Below, one piece after another: positions 29,332 to 39,214 of a stretch of 64,000 bases of DNA. The stretch lies in contig OY759599.1 of NCBI GenBank assembly GCA_963662465.1, positions 6,272,001-6,336,000 of the forward strand, written 5' to 3'. The position numbers and the translations under genes were made by a program. This DNA comes from Desulfatiglandales bacterium. GTDB lineage: Bacteria; Desulfobacterota; DSM-4660; Desulfatiglandales; Desulfatiglandaceae. The number at the start of each line of letters is the position of its first letter. Within the stretch, counting starts at the first letter, position 1. The notes under the pieces are model-generated. The model was not told the DNA's origin. It saw only the letters and a program-made list of their open reading frames with translations, and did no database searches.

Positions 29332-29405
29332 GTGGAAAAAATAAGGGAATCTGATGTCTCCGCTATCATTCCGGCGCATAATGAAGCCAACAATATTGAA
29401 AAGAT
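29332..29405 (+). pseudogene. 5' relic of the DPM1-like GT2
   Basis: VEKIRESDVSAIIPAHNEANNIEK versus MEKIKESDVSVIIPAHNEARHIG at 55650; repeated at about 62079. Confidence 0.7.
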
Positions 29406-29552
29406 GGAAGAAAAGGGGCTGGTCCATAAAGTGGGGAGCTGCCCCCATGCGCGATTTACGCCCGATTTCGCTTGCATCGCTAATAATAGACCCTTATAAT
29501 CCTCTCACCTTGCAGAAAACAAGACCCTGTTACAGGCGTATTCAAAATTAAA

Positions 29553-30956
29553 ATGGAACGGATTGCAGAAAAAAGACTGACGGATTGGCTCGATTCAAGT
29601 TACCGCAAACCCTTGATCATTCGTGGTGCGCGTCAGGTGGGAAAGTCAACGCTGGTCAGACAGTTTGCAGGCCATAAAGAATTGGTTCTCCATGAAGTCA
29701 ATCTTGAACGGCATCCGACATTGGTGGATGTTTTTAAAACTCACGATACCGGAAAGATCCTTCGGGAACTTGAATTTATCTGTGGGAAAGGACCGATTTC
29801 AGGACAAGAGGGGTTGCTTTTCCTGGATGAAATACAGGCAGCGCCGATCGCCATTCAGGCCCTTCGATATTTCCATGAGGATCATCCCGAACTACCCGTA
29901 ATCGCAGCCGGTTCCCTCCTCGAATTTACAATGAGCAAACATTCCTTTTCCATGCCCGTGGGTCGAGTTGAATACCTCTACCTGGGTCCAGTAACCTTTA
30001 AAGAAACGCTGGCGGCCATGGGCAAGAGTACTTTGCTGAACTTGTTGAACCATTATCAACTGAATGAGGCTTTTCCGCAATCCGCCCACGACCTCTTATT
30101 GGAATTGTTAAGAGTCTGGCTGCTGGTGGGAGGAATGCCTGAAGCAATCCAGCGATTCATCGATACCCATTCGCTCGACGCGGTTTTTGATGTCCATGCC
30201 TCGATTATTGAGACCTATAAAGACGATTTCGCAAAATATGCGACCCAGGCCGACCTGCTCCGTCTTCACAAGGTGTTTAACTATGTTCCCATGGCTGCCG
30301 GAGATAAATTCAAATACGTTCGCGTAGACCCCGATGAACAATCCAGAACCCTGAGCAGGGCGGTTGATTTGCTTGAAAAAGCACAAATTATCATGAAAGT
30401 CTCTCATACGGATGCATCCGGTCTGCCGCTTGGTGCTACCCTAAACAGACGAATATTCAAGACTTTCTTCTTGGATTGCGGGTTAATGAATACCATTTGC
30501 GGCGTTCAATGGATATCGTTGAACGAACTTAAGCGAACGTCATTTATCAATAAAGGTCGTATGGCTGAACAGTTCATCGCGCAACATCTTGCCTATATTG
30601 GAAAAAATAATGTAAGCCCGTTTTTGACCTACTGGTTGCGGGAAGGAAGAGCCGGAAATGCTGAGGTTGATTTTGTTGCACAATTAGGCCAAATCATTGT
30701 TCCCGTTGAGGTGAAAGCAGGCAAGAGCGGGTCTCTCAAATCGCTCCAGCAGTTTGTTTATCAAAAAAAGACCCGGGTCGGTGTTCGTTTTGATTTAAAC
30801 ATCCCCTCATTGCAACATGTTTCCCACACGCTGAGCCAAGGGGGAGAATCTGTACAAGTTGAATTTGATCTGATCTCCCTTCCTCTCTATATGATAGAGG
30901 AACTGCCCAGGGTTTTTGGGGAAGTTGTGCCTTATGGGTACTCAAAACAGCGCTAA
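29553..30956 (+). CDS. AAA_14 + DUF4143 ATPase (family B, intact)
   Basis: GARQVGKS, LDEIQ, AAGS, GGMPE, EVDF...PVEVKAG. Confidence 0.9.
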   Translation: MERIAEKRLTDWLDSSYRKPLIIRGARQVGKSTLVRQFAGHKELVLHEVNLERHPTLVDVFKTHDTGKILRELEFICGKGPISGQEGLLFLDEIQAAPIAIQALRYFHEDHPELPVIAAGSLLEFTMSKHSFSMPVGRVEYLYLGPVTFKETLAAMGKSTLLNLLNHYQLNEAFPQSAHDLLLELLRVWLLVGGMPEAIQRFIDTHSLDAVFDVHASIIETYKDDFAKYATQADLLRLHKVFNYVPMAAGDKFKYVRVDPDEQSRTLSRAVDLLEKAQIIMKVSHTDASGLPLGATLNRRIFKTFFLDCGLMNTICGVQWISLNELKRTSFINKGRMAEQFIAQHLAYIGKNNVSPFLTYWLREGRAGNAEVDFVAQLGQIIVPVEVKAGKSGSLKSLQQFVYQKKTRVGVRFDLNIPSLQHVSHTLSQGGESVQVEFDLISLPLYMIEELPRVFGEVVPYGYSKQR

Positions 30957-31017
30957 GTTCCGTGAAAAGGCAGGAAAGCGTTATCGGGAAAATAGGGAGG
31001 CAGGCGAAGGATAAAAA

Positions 31018-31692
31018 ATGGCAGTCAAAGGGATGCTGAAGGGATTTCCGTTATTTGTTCTGGTAGTGGTGGCTTTGGTACTCCTTTTCTGGCTCTTTTC
31101 AGGATTTATACTGACCCGGGTGGGCCGATTCCTGATATGTAATCAAAAACCGTTTGCCGCCGATGCCGTGGTGGTGTTGAGTACCGGCGTGGAGTACTAT
31201 CCCCGCCTGATGGAGGCTGCGGATCTGTTTCGAAAAGGGTTTGCCCGAAAGGTGGTGATCAATGGCAACCGAAAGACGGATGTTCTCCGTGAGCTTGAGA
31301 AAAGGGGCTTTGAAAAATGCTGTCCGTGGCATGAAGAAACAGTTAGAATTCTGGAAGTCTTGGGCGTGCCAAGGAAAGACGTTCTGCCGATCAACGCCGA
31401 GGATGCCTATGACACGGTCAGCGAGGCGAAAATTGTGGGCCGGCAGCTTATGGAAAGAGGATTTAAACGCCTGATTATCACAACCAGCAAATCGCATACA
31501 TGTCGTGCGTACCATATCTGGAGCAGCATGTTTAAAGGCGAGATGTTCATATGCACTGTTTCCGCAAAAACAGATCCTTTTGATGTCAATGGCTGGTGGA
31601 AACAGGGCCGGCAGATACGGTGGGTGTTGGCGGAGTATGGGGCCTGGATTTATTACGGGTGGAAGGAAGTTATGGGGTTTGGGGGAGGATGA
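31018..31692 (+). CDS. YdcF/ElyC (DUF218) family protein
   Basis: N-terminal TM, ADAVVVLS, DTVSEA, ITTSKSH.RA, late E residue. Confidence 0.82.
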   Translation: MAVKGMLKGFPLFVLVVVALVLLFWLFSGFILTRVGRFLICNQKPFAADAVVVLSTGVEYYPRLMEAADLFRKGFARKVVINGNRKTDVLRELEKRGFEKCCPWHEETVRILEVLGVPRKDVLPINAEDAYDTVSEAKIVGRQLMERGFKRLIITTSKSHTCRAYHIWSSMFKGEMFICTVSAKTDPFDVNGWWKQGRQIRWVLAEYGAWIYYGWKEVMGFGGG

Positions 31693-31695
31693 TGC

Positions 31696-32004
31696 ATGGG
31701 GAAATTGGGAGATGTGAAACGCATGTTTGATCCCACCCTTTTCTGGGATGCGGAAGCCATAGATGCCGAGCGTCATGCGGATTATGTTATAGCGAGGGTC
31801 CTGGATTTCGGGGATGAAAAGGACGTAAAGAGGCTAAGGGAAATATACTCTGACAATGAGCTGATTAAGGTCGTAAGGACGAGGCGGGGGCTCTTGCCGA
31901 TAACGAAACGATTCTGGTCAGTGTATTTTAATATCTTACCGCTAAGGGAGGAAGGGAATGTTTCAGGAAGCTCTCCCAGAAAATGCGTTGAACCTGATCG
32001 ATAA
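31696..32004 (+). CDS. DUF6922-like small protein (partner of AbiEii-like nucleotidyltransferase)
   Basis: LFWD...YVIARVLDFG...FW motif. Confidence 0.7.
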   Translation: MGKLGDVKRMFDPTLFWDAEAIDAERHADYVIARVLDFGDEKDVKRLREIYSDNELIKVVRTRRGLLPITKRFWSVYFNILPLREEGNVSGSSPRKCVEPDR

Positions 32005-32287
32005 AATCGCAGACCGGATCAGTGGCTTTTACCTGGCCGGGGGGACAGGACTTGCGCTTCAATTGGGCCACAGGGTATCGGAAGACCTTGATTTTTTCTC
32101 GGAAGAAAGATTCAAAGGCACGGGGATTAACCTTTATCATTTGCTGAAGAGCCTGGTCTATTTCGAAGATGCGGAGAATGACCCTGATCCGGTTTTGCTG
32201 CCGGATGGAAAACGTCCGGATTGGAATAAAATCAAACTTTTTTTTGAAGGAAACATCAAGAACTTTGAAAGAATTTTGATCAAATAA
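31958..32287 (+). pseudogene. AbiEii-like nucleotidyltransferase with an in-frame internal deletion
   Basis: FYLAGGTGLALQLGHRVSEDLDFF fused directly to LKSLVYFEDAE...W..IK; only 109 aa. Confidence 0.75.
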
Positions 32288-32306
32288 CCGAGGTTCGGAT
32301 CAAACC

Positions 32307-33380
32307 ATGATGCTAAGAATCCTTTTCATTACCCGAAACTATCCGCCAAAGGTAGGTGGTCTCGAGGAATACAGCTATCATCTGATCCGGGAATTTGAGT
32401 CCCGTGTGCCGACCCATAAGATCACCTTGTCAAAGTCAAAAAAACACCTCCCGTGGTTTTTTCCGTATTCCTTTTTTAAGGCGCTTTATGTCATCCGGAA
32501 ATATCCCGTTTCACATGTTCACCTATGCGACGGTATGCTTGCGCCCGTGGGCCGGCTCCTGAAGGGCCTGACCGGAACAACGGTTACCGCAACGGTGCAT
32601 GGTTTGGACATTACCTATCGTAATCAGCTTTACCAAAAGGTGATTCCATTGTGCATTGAAAGTCTGGATCGGATTGTTTGTATCAGCCATTCTACCCGGG
32701 AGGAGGTATTGAAACGAACCCGCATTTTTCCTGAAAATTGCGCAGTTATTCCCAACGGGGTCAATTCCGATGAAATGTACATTCCGCAGCCGAAAACAGA
32801 ACTTTTGAGAAAATTTGAGACGTTAACCCATCTAACATTTTCAAACCGGAAAATTTTGTTCACACTTGGCCACCTGGTAAAGAGAAAAGGGGTTGCATGG
32901 TTTACGGCGCACGTGATGCCGAAACTACCGGAAGAATATGTTTACCTGGTCGCAGGGGATGGTTCCGAAAAAGCGCGTATTGAGAAGATCATACTGGATC
33001 ATCAACTTCAAGAGCGCATGTTCCTTCTGGGTGAGGTATCGAATGAAATCCGCAATATTCTCTACAACCTCGCGGATATTTTTGTCATGCCCAATATTAC
33101 CGTTCCCAATGATGTGGAAGGTTTCGGCATTGTCGCCATAGAGGCGGGGAGTTGTGGCCTTCCGGTTGTTGCCACGAATATTCAGGGAATACGGGATGCT
33201 GTGATTGATGGAAAGACGGGTTTTTTGATTCAGGAGGGAGGCGTGGAGGGATTTCTTGAAAGCATCCAGAACATGGCGCTCAGAAAAGTGGATGTAAGGG
33301 CAATCGTAAATGAAACATTTGCCTGGTCAAAGATCTCAGCGCAATACCAAGATTTTATTTCCCCGTCCCGTTTCCTTTGA
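32307..33380 (+). CDS. GT4 glycosyltransferase
   Basis: YPPKVGG, KRKG, EGFGIVAIEA. Confidence 0.9.
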   Translation: MMLRILFITRNYPPKVGGLEEYSYHLIREFESRVPTHKITLSKSKKHLPWFFPYSFFKALYVIRKYPVSHVHLCDGMLAPVGRLLKGLTGTTVTATVHGLDITYRNQLYQKVIPLCIESLDRIVCISHSTREEVLKRTRIFPENCAVIPNGVNSDEMYIPQPKTELLRKFETLTHLTFSNRKILFTLGHLVKRKGVAWFTAHVMPKLPEEYVYLVAGDGSEKARIEKIILDHQLQERMFLLGEVSNEIRNILYNLADIFVMPNITVPNDVEGFGIVAIEAGSCGLPVVATNIQGIRDAVIDGKTGFLIQEGGVEGFLESIQNMALRKVDVRAIVNETFAWSKISAQYQDFISPSRFL

Positions 33381-34125
33381 TCAGAAGCCAGACGTACCCC
33401 GGGCACAAACCGTAGGCATATTGAACGATAAATTTTGCCAACTTTCTTTTAATCGTGGTCGGTCGGATCATATATTCAGCAGAAAAAGCCTTGGGCTGTT
33501 CAATGATTTTTCGTGTATAGTCAATGTGATAAAAGTGGCGGGTTAGTTTTCTGAGCCCCCAATAACTGAGATGCCTTTCCGGATAATGGGAACCCTTGCC
33601 TGAAACCCTCATGTAGATATGGGCCAGTGGTCTCGGGAGAACCGAAAGAAATGGCAGCCTGTGATGTGGTTCCATCAGATTGATCCGGTTTCCTGCAGCG
33701 AAGTAGCAAACTCCTCCCGGCTTCAGGACCCTGTATATTTCCGCCAGCAATCTATCCGCGTCCGGTACGTGTTCGTAGACATGCGCACAGATGATGACAT
33801 TAAAGTGTGATTTCGGAAAGGGAACGTCCATGGCATCAGCAAAATTGAATCTGACGTGATCCTTCGTAAAATTCTCTTTTGCATATTGAATGGCAGGCTC
33901 ATCCGTGTCAATCCCAACCACTTCACCCAAATAATCCGAGAGATAATTGGCGATGATTCCCGTTGAACATCCTACATCAAGAAGGGAGAGCGATTTTAGT
34001 TCAGCGCCGTAAAAATCGTTCAATACGGCAACGATGGTTTTTGCCTTTTTTTGTCTTGCTTCATGATTGTAGACAGCCTGAGGATGTTTCTCAGAGAAAG
34101 GGCATTGGCAATGAATGTTTGTCAT
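33355..34125 (-). CDS. Class I SAM-dependent methyltransferase
   Basis: LDVGCSTG, HVYEHV, RVLKPGG. Confidence 0.88.
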   Translation of the reverse strand: MTNIHCQCPFSEKHPQAVYNHEARQKKAKTIVAVLNDFYGAELKSLSLLDVGCSTGIIANYLSDYLGEVVGIDTDEPAIQYAKENFTKDHVRFNFADAMDVPFPKSHFNVIICAHVYEHVPDADRLLAEIYRVLKPGGVCYFAAGNRINLMEPHHRLPFLSVLPRPLAHIYMRVSGKGSHYPERHLSYWGLRKLTRHFYHIDYTRKIIEQPKAFSAEYMIRPTTIKRKLAKFIVQYAYGLCPGYVWLLIKGNGTGK

Positions 34126-34148
34126 AATGCTATTGGGTGTAATTCGTT

Positions 34149-35144
34149 TTATCCCAACACTTCCTCGAAAAGATCTTTGTATTCATTCACCATACGTTTA
34201 AGGGTAAACATTTTTTCTACTTTGGCCCTGTTGTATTCCCCCATTTCGCGTCTGAGATTGGGAGCGTTTGCCAGGAGGTTGATTTTTTCGGCGAAAGAAT
34301 CCACATTACCGATGGGGCACAGAAATCCCCCCTTGCCGTGATCGATCTGTTCCGGGAGAGAACTGCAGTCGCTTGCGATCACCGGAAGTCCGCACGCCAT
34401 ACCTTCCAATACTGAGAGGCTCAAACCTTCCCGCACCGTTGGAAGCAACAATATGTCCATTTCTCGATACCGGTCTGCCATTTGTTCGAAAGGAATGGTT
34501 CCAATTGCTTTAAGGCCCTTTGCTGTTTGTAATGGTTTTTTGGTTCTGAGTCCCTGGGTGAAATAAATTGTCACATCTTTTTTTAGTCGCTTACCGATGG
34601 CATGCAACCAGTGTGCGCCTTTCCTGCGAGTGAGATTTCCGGAGAAAAAGACACGCAATTCTTTTCGAGGAGTGTTTGAGCGGGCCGGAATAAACCGGGC
34701 CGTATCGATGCCATTGTAGATGACCCTGATGGGATGGTGTATGTTTAAATCCTTCTTTGCAAGGCGGGCGGTAAAATTGCTGACGGCTGTTATCGTATGG
34801 GCTCTGCGAATAGCCATCTTGGACCATAATCGCAGATCCGTTGCATAATGAATTCTTTGGAGGGAAGAGCTGTAAGAACGCATCCAGGGGTCAAGGACGT
34901 AGTTATGGAAAGTGAGTATCGTGGGAATTTTCTTCCGATGAGAAAAAATAGCATAGTCCGGGCTGGTGTGGATTAGTCGCGTATATTTGATTGGGGCAAA
35001 ACCCCGTAAGACGAAAGGGAAAAAAGTCCAGGAGGGATTATAGCCTGCCACATTGTAACCGGGGATTTCCGTTCCCAGGGTTTTGTGTACAATATAAGCC
35101 CCGTTGCCTGTCGCTATAGGACTTAGTATCTGGTGTTTTTTCAA
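34149..35144 (-). CDS. GT4 glycosyltransferase
   Basis: IYNGID, RRKG, EGLSLSVLEGMACG. Confidence 0.9.
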   Translation of the reverse strand: MKKHQILSPIATGNGAYIVHKTLGTEIPGYNVAGYNPSWTFFPFVLRGFAPIKYTRLIHTSPDYAIFSHRKKIPTILTFHNYVLDPWMRSYSSSLQRIHYATDLRLWSKMAIRRAHTITAVSNFTARLAKKDLNIHHPIRVIYNGIDTARFIPARSNTPRKELRVFFSGNLTRRKGAHWLHAIGKRLKKDVTIYFTQGLRTKKPLQTAKGLKAIGTIPFEQMADRYREMDILLLPTVREGLSLSVLEGMACGLPVIASDCSSLPEQIDHGKGGFLCPIGNVDSFAEKINLLANAPNLRREMGEYNRAKVEKMFTLKRMVNEYKDLFEEVLG

Positions 35145-36484
35145 ATGCTTTCCTTTTGTTCAAAATTCAGGACATGAGCCATTTTTTGAGCCAATGCCTT
35201 CCTGCTGTAATGGTCAATTTTTTCCTGGATAGGAGCAAATGGAAATGATTTTTTCATCCAGCAGGAGAGGAATTGCTCGATTGCGCTTGCTATTTCCTGT
35301 TTGTCTTTGGGATCCACCTTAAGACCGATATTTGTTTCTTGAATGATTTCAGCGGCGGTGTTGTCTTTGGCCAGGGCCAATACCGGTTTTCCGGATTGCA
35401 TATAGTCAAAAATTTTGCTTGTCGCTATTGATCTCTGCTCGTGCGACGTTATCAAGAGCATGGCATCGGCTTCCATCATTATATGAATAGCATCCCTTTT
35501 TGGCACCGACGGGTGGAAGTGAACGATGTCTTCTATCCCCAACCTCCTGACCTGTTCAATCTCAGGACCAGATTCGATTCCGAAAAAGATAACGGATAAT
35601 TGGGAAATGAATTCGGGTTTTGCTCGTTTTAAATCTTGTATGGCAGCGAATAGCAGCGTTGGATCTCTGTCTTTTCTAGCAGCGGATAATCTGCCCATAT
35701 GAACCATCACCATTCTTTTTGTTCTATTTTTATCCAGAAATTTTTCGACAATACCCGAAAATGGTTCGACAGCACACCACTCCTCAGGATCGAACCCATT
35801 GGGGATCACGAAAACATCCTCTTTCGAAATACCGAATCGATTCCTTAGATCAACGGCCAATGGTTTGCTCACAGTTGTTATTCTGTCTGGTCGTGAAAGC
35901 AACATCCTCTCCAAAAAACATTCCGCTCTTTGGCGTAGGCCTCTGCCCTTGCGTATTTCAAGGTACGGCTCAAACATCCATCCGTCCCTTAGATCGGCCA
36001 CCCAATGAAGCGCCAGAAACCTTTTCATCATCCACCCAATTAGATGAGCAGATTCTGGTGGTGATGTTGTTAGCACAACGTCAAATTTTTCTTTAGTGTG
36101 CAATTTATTTGCAACCACAAAAGCATTAAAAGCCCAATAGAGCTGTCTATCAGGGAAGTAGAATAATCTTTTGTGCCAATCAGTAGACTTCTTTCTTCTG
36201 GTGTTTATAGGGCAGCGATTCTTTGGACCTCCAATTTTAGCCCAACGGGATATGGAATTTAGAAAAAGGCTTTCCGCGGCGGAAATCGGATCCACGGAAC
36301 GATAGATGCGTTCCCCGAAAAGACCTGTTGCTTGAAATCTTGGGCGAGTTTCTCTAAAACTTAGAACGACAACTTCATTACCTTGGGCGCCCAGATACTT
36401 TGAAAATGAAAATGCCCGTTGTGAGCCTGTCAGGATACTCATCGGGGAAGTATCATACGCATAGGCGACCAGCAGAATTTTCAT
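35141..36484 (-). CDS. GT4-like glycosyltransferase
   Basis: TTSPP, WVADLRD.W, IPNGFD, SKIFDYM. Confidence 0.85.
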   Translation of the reverse strand: MKILLVAYAYDTSPMSILTGSQRAFSFSKYLGAQGNEVVVLSFRETRPRFQATGLFGERIYRSVDPISAAESLFLNSISRWAKIGGPKNRCPINTRRKKSTDWHKRLFYFPDRQLYWAFNAFVVANKLHTKEKFDVVLTTSPPESAHLIGWMMKRFLALHWVADLRDGWMFEPYLEIRKGRGLRQRAECFLERMLLSRPDRITTVSKPLAVDLRNRFGISKEDVFVIPNGFDPEEWCAVEPFSGIVEKFLDKNRTKRMVMVHMGRLSAARKDRDPTLLFAAIQDLKRAKPEFISQLSVIFFGIESGPEIEQVRRLGIEDIVHFHPSVPKRDAIHIMMEADAMLLITSHEQRSIATSKIFDYMQSGKPVLALAKDNTAAEIIQETNIGLKVDPKDKQEIASAIEQFLSCWMKKSFPFAPIQEKIDHYSRKALAQKMAHVLNFEQKESI

Positions 36485-37482
36485 TTCAAGGGGGGCTCCT
36501 TTTTCCTATTCAACTCGGCGAAACGTACCCTGGGCATTCGTAAAGCCAATATTTTTCGGTAAAAGGATACCCCCCCCAACCCAAGGAAAAAGCCCGCCCA
36601 TGTACGGAATTCAAAAGGATTTAGGCGGATAGCGCGCCCATACGCTTTTATCCCTTGCGAGAAATAACCTGCCAGCAAATACTCATTACCAAGTTTGGCA
36701 TATCGATATCCCATGGCCTTCCGATAAGGCCTCTTTCCAAGATATCTGGCAAATTCTTCAATGAATTTCGCAAAGGCAATTTCGCCTTTTAACATCATTT
36801 CCGGATTTGAGGTTAACCTTAACCCTTGGTGTTCCATATACCATACTAAATACCTATCAAGGAGAACAATGCGAAATTGAGAAAGGTATCGCAGTGCCCA
36901 CTGGCGGTCTTCATGAGCTCGAAAAGTCTCATCGAAAAGGCCTACCTGATCAAACACTTCTTTTTTGATTAGAAGCGTCTGAGGGGGCAGGTTGCCGTCT
37001 TGAAACAAAAGGCTATTTCTTATTATTTGGTTGGAAGGTGAATAATGCGTACGCCGAATTTCGTTCCCGGTATTGTTGTGAATAATCATTTGGCAGAAAA
37101 TTGCTTGAATTCGAGGCGTTTCAAGTTTTCTCAAAAGATTGAATTGAGATTCCAGTTTTTCCGGCATCCAATGGTCGTCATCGTCCAGAAAAGCGAGATA
37201 GGCACCCTTTGCTATTCGAATGCCGGCATTTCGTGACGCAGAAACCCCCAAGGGCTTTATGTGGTGGTGAATGACAATAGAAATATCTTGGTAAGCTATC
37301 TTGAACCAGTTTGACTTTACCTTCTCATCAGAACCATCATCCACGACCACGATCTCAATGGGACGATACGTTTGCTCCGCAACACTGGCTATGGCCCTAC
37401 GCAATAGCGCCGGCCTGTTGTAGGTTGGAATGATCGTGCTTATAAGTGGTGTGGCGTTTTGGGGCATTAGATGTTTCGTCAT
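36481..37482 (-). CDS. GT2 glycosyltransferase
   Basis: IIPTYNR, VDDGS, FLDDDD, ED. Confidence 0.9.
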   Translation of the reverse strand: MTKHLMPQNATPLISTIIPTYNRPALLRRAIASVAEQTYRPIEIVVVDDGSDEKVKSNWFKIAYQDISIVIHHHIKPLGVSASRNAGIRIAKGAYLAFLDDDDHWMPEKLESQFNLLRKLETPRIQAIFCQMIIHNNTGNEIRRTHYSPSNQIIRNSLLFQDGNLPPQTLLIKKEVFDQVGLFDETFRAHEDRQWALRYLSQFRIVLLDRYLVWYMEHQGLRLTSNPEMMLKGEIAFAKFIEEFARYLGKRPYRKAMGYRYAKLGNEYLLAGYFSQGIKAYGRAIRLNPFEFRTWAGFFLGLGGVSFYRKILALRMPRVRFAELNRKKEPPLK

Positions 37483-37858
37483 CTATTTTGTTCCTGGGCC
37501 GAGGACATTATTATTGGTTATGCTTTTGCCAAGTGTTGAATCGTATTTAAAACCTGCCTCTGCATGAATTGCCGGGGTTACGCGCATATCGTAATGGAGA
37601 TAATGCTGGCCTATGCTGACGACGTCGTGCCCAATGACCTTTTCCATTTTCCAGAGCTTCTTTCTGACGCTTAAGCTCGTCCACCCATCGAAGGAATAGC
37701 AGGACGGATGAAGTCAAATCTCCCAGCCCTGCCGGTCTATCTCCCGGGCCAATTCCACTACTGTGCATCTCTGATTGTCGAATATGACGGACTTAGACGG
37801 TTTTTAGGCGCAATCAACTGATGCTTTTGCCGACATTAAAAGAGTATAAGTCTGACCC

Positions 37859-39100
37859 CTATCCTCGCAAGTTCAATGCCAAATCCTCATACATCTTTAC
37901 AAGTCGTTCACTATCATTTTTCCATGAATATTCACCAAGGGCAGCTTGATGACCATGTTGGCCGTATTTTTTGGCAATTTCATCCCCATCTTCGTAAACC
38001 TTTACAAGGCAATCTGCAAGATCTTCACTATTATTTGCATTAAATACCAAACCACTTTCGGTATCTTCGACGATTCTCTTTAAGGGCTTGCAACTGCTTA
38101 CAATAACAGGTTTTTTCATGATCATATACTGAAAAAGTTTATGCGGAACTGTTGTATTTGTATGCTCAAAGTCATTGTGTGGCACAAGACAAACCTTGCT
38201 CGCAGCAATATAGCTACTAACTTTGTTTGCTGGAACCCAATCAACTAACTCCAAATAGCTGGACGCATTTTCTTTTTCTGCAATTTGCATAATCTGTTGG
38301 CGCTGTTTGGGGACTTGTGTTCCTACAATCAGTAATTTAAAATCTGCAATGCTCTTACCCGCCACGGTAGCTGCACGTATTGCCGTATCAATACCCCTAT
38401 GAGGTCCGATTCCTCCGATATATAGGGCTACCCAACTCTCTTTATAGTGTTCAATTAATTTTTCATCTAAGTCAGAAGCATTGAATGTGCTTTCATCCTC
38501 TGTGTTTGAAACAATACATACCCTTTCACGTGGAATATCGTAATCATTTATAATTCTTTCTGCCGCTTCAGGCACAACAACGATAATGCGATAGCAATTA
38601 CGCAACGTCAGTTTTTCACGCCACCGCCACAGGTAATAATTGGTTATTATAGAAGAACGTAATTTGCGCAAAGGTTGAAGATTACTTCTATAAGCGATCA
38701 TAGCTGCCGGCATGTTTTCATGTAAATCGGCAACTAAAGGCAAATTATGTTTTTTTGCAATTTTTAATGCTGTGGGAACAATAGTAAAATCATGAGCATG
38801 TAAAACATCAGGCCTGACTTTTTTTGCAAAAGTATCTATAGCAAGAAGCCAGCCTCCTTTAATTAAAGTGAACTTTTCCAAGATCTTATGAAGAAGATCC
38901 TGCTGAGATTGGATTTCAGCCCGGTACACTTCAAGCCCATAACCAAATGTTTCATATACTTTTTGACTTGGACTTGCCTTTTGCGTCAAAAGGGATACCT
39001 TAAAACCAGCTTTGATAAGAACACGAGCTTCCTTCTCAATCCGTATATCTGGTGGAAAGCCCCGACTTACATCCAAGATCATGCCTATTTTTAATGCCAC
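37859..39100 (-). CDS. GT4 glycosyltransferase
   Basis: DIRIEKEA, HAHD, DLHE, PHKLFQYM. Confidence 0.85.
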   Translation of the reverse strand: MALKIGMILDVSRGFPPDIRIEKEARVLIKAGFKVSLLTQKASPSQKVYETFGYGLEVYRAEIQSQQDLLHKILEKFTLIKGGWLLAIDTFAKKVRPDVLHAHDFTIVPTALKIAKKHNLPLVADLHENMPAAMIAYRSNLQPLRKLRSSIITNYYLWRWREKLTLRNCYRIIVVVPEAAERIINDYDIPRERVCIVSNTEDESTFNASDLDEKLIEHYKESWVALYIGGIGPHRGIDTAIRAATVAGKSIADFKLLIVGTQVPKQRQQIMQIAEKENASSYLELVDWVPANKVSSYIAASKVCLVPHNDFEHTNTTVPHKLFQYMIMKKPVIVSSCKPLKRIVEDTESGLVFNANNSEDLADCLVKVYEDGDEIAKKYGQHGHQAALGEYSWKNDSERLVKMYEDLALNLRG

Positions 39101-39214
39101 TAAAACCCTCCTCGAAATAAATCACTACATTTGGGTGTTGATAAAAAAATCGTTCTAAAGATTCATATAACTGCTTATGAAGCGAGAATCGGCATTTGAG
39201 AATTATTGCAACGT

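Larger units (their letters stand above)
24915..30056. repeat. Segmental duplication, copy 1 (partner about 55650..62803)
   Basis: Same genes and intergenic DNA, near-identical; similarity ends after GAACCATTAT. Confidence 0.92.

Noticed and set aside
31099..31776. 225-aa minus-strand ORF
   Set aside because: Antisense to the YdcF-family gene, with no recognisable motif.
37483..37858. Short ORF 37547..37768 between GT genes
   Set aside because: No recognisable motif; possibly a relic, but unsupported.
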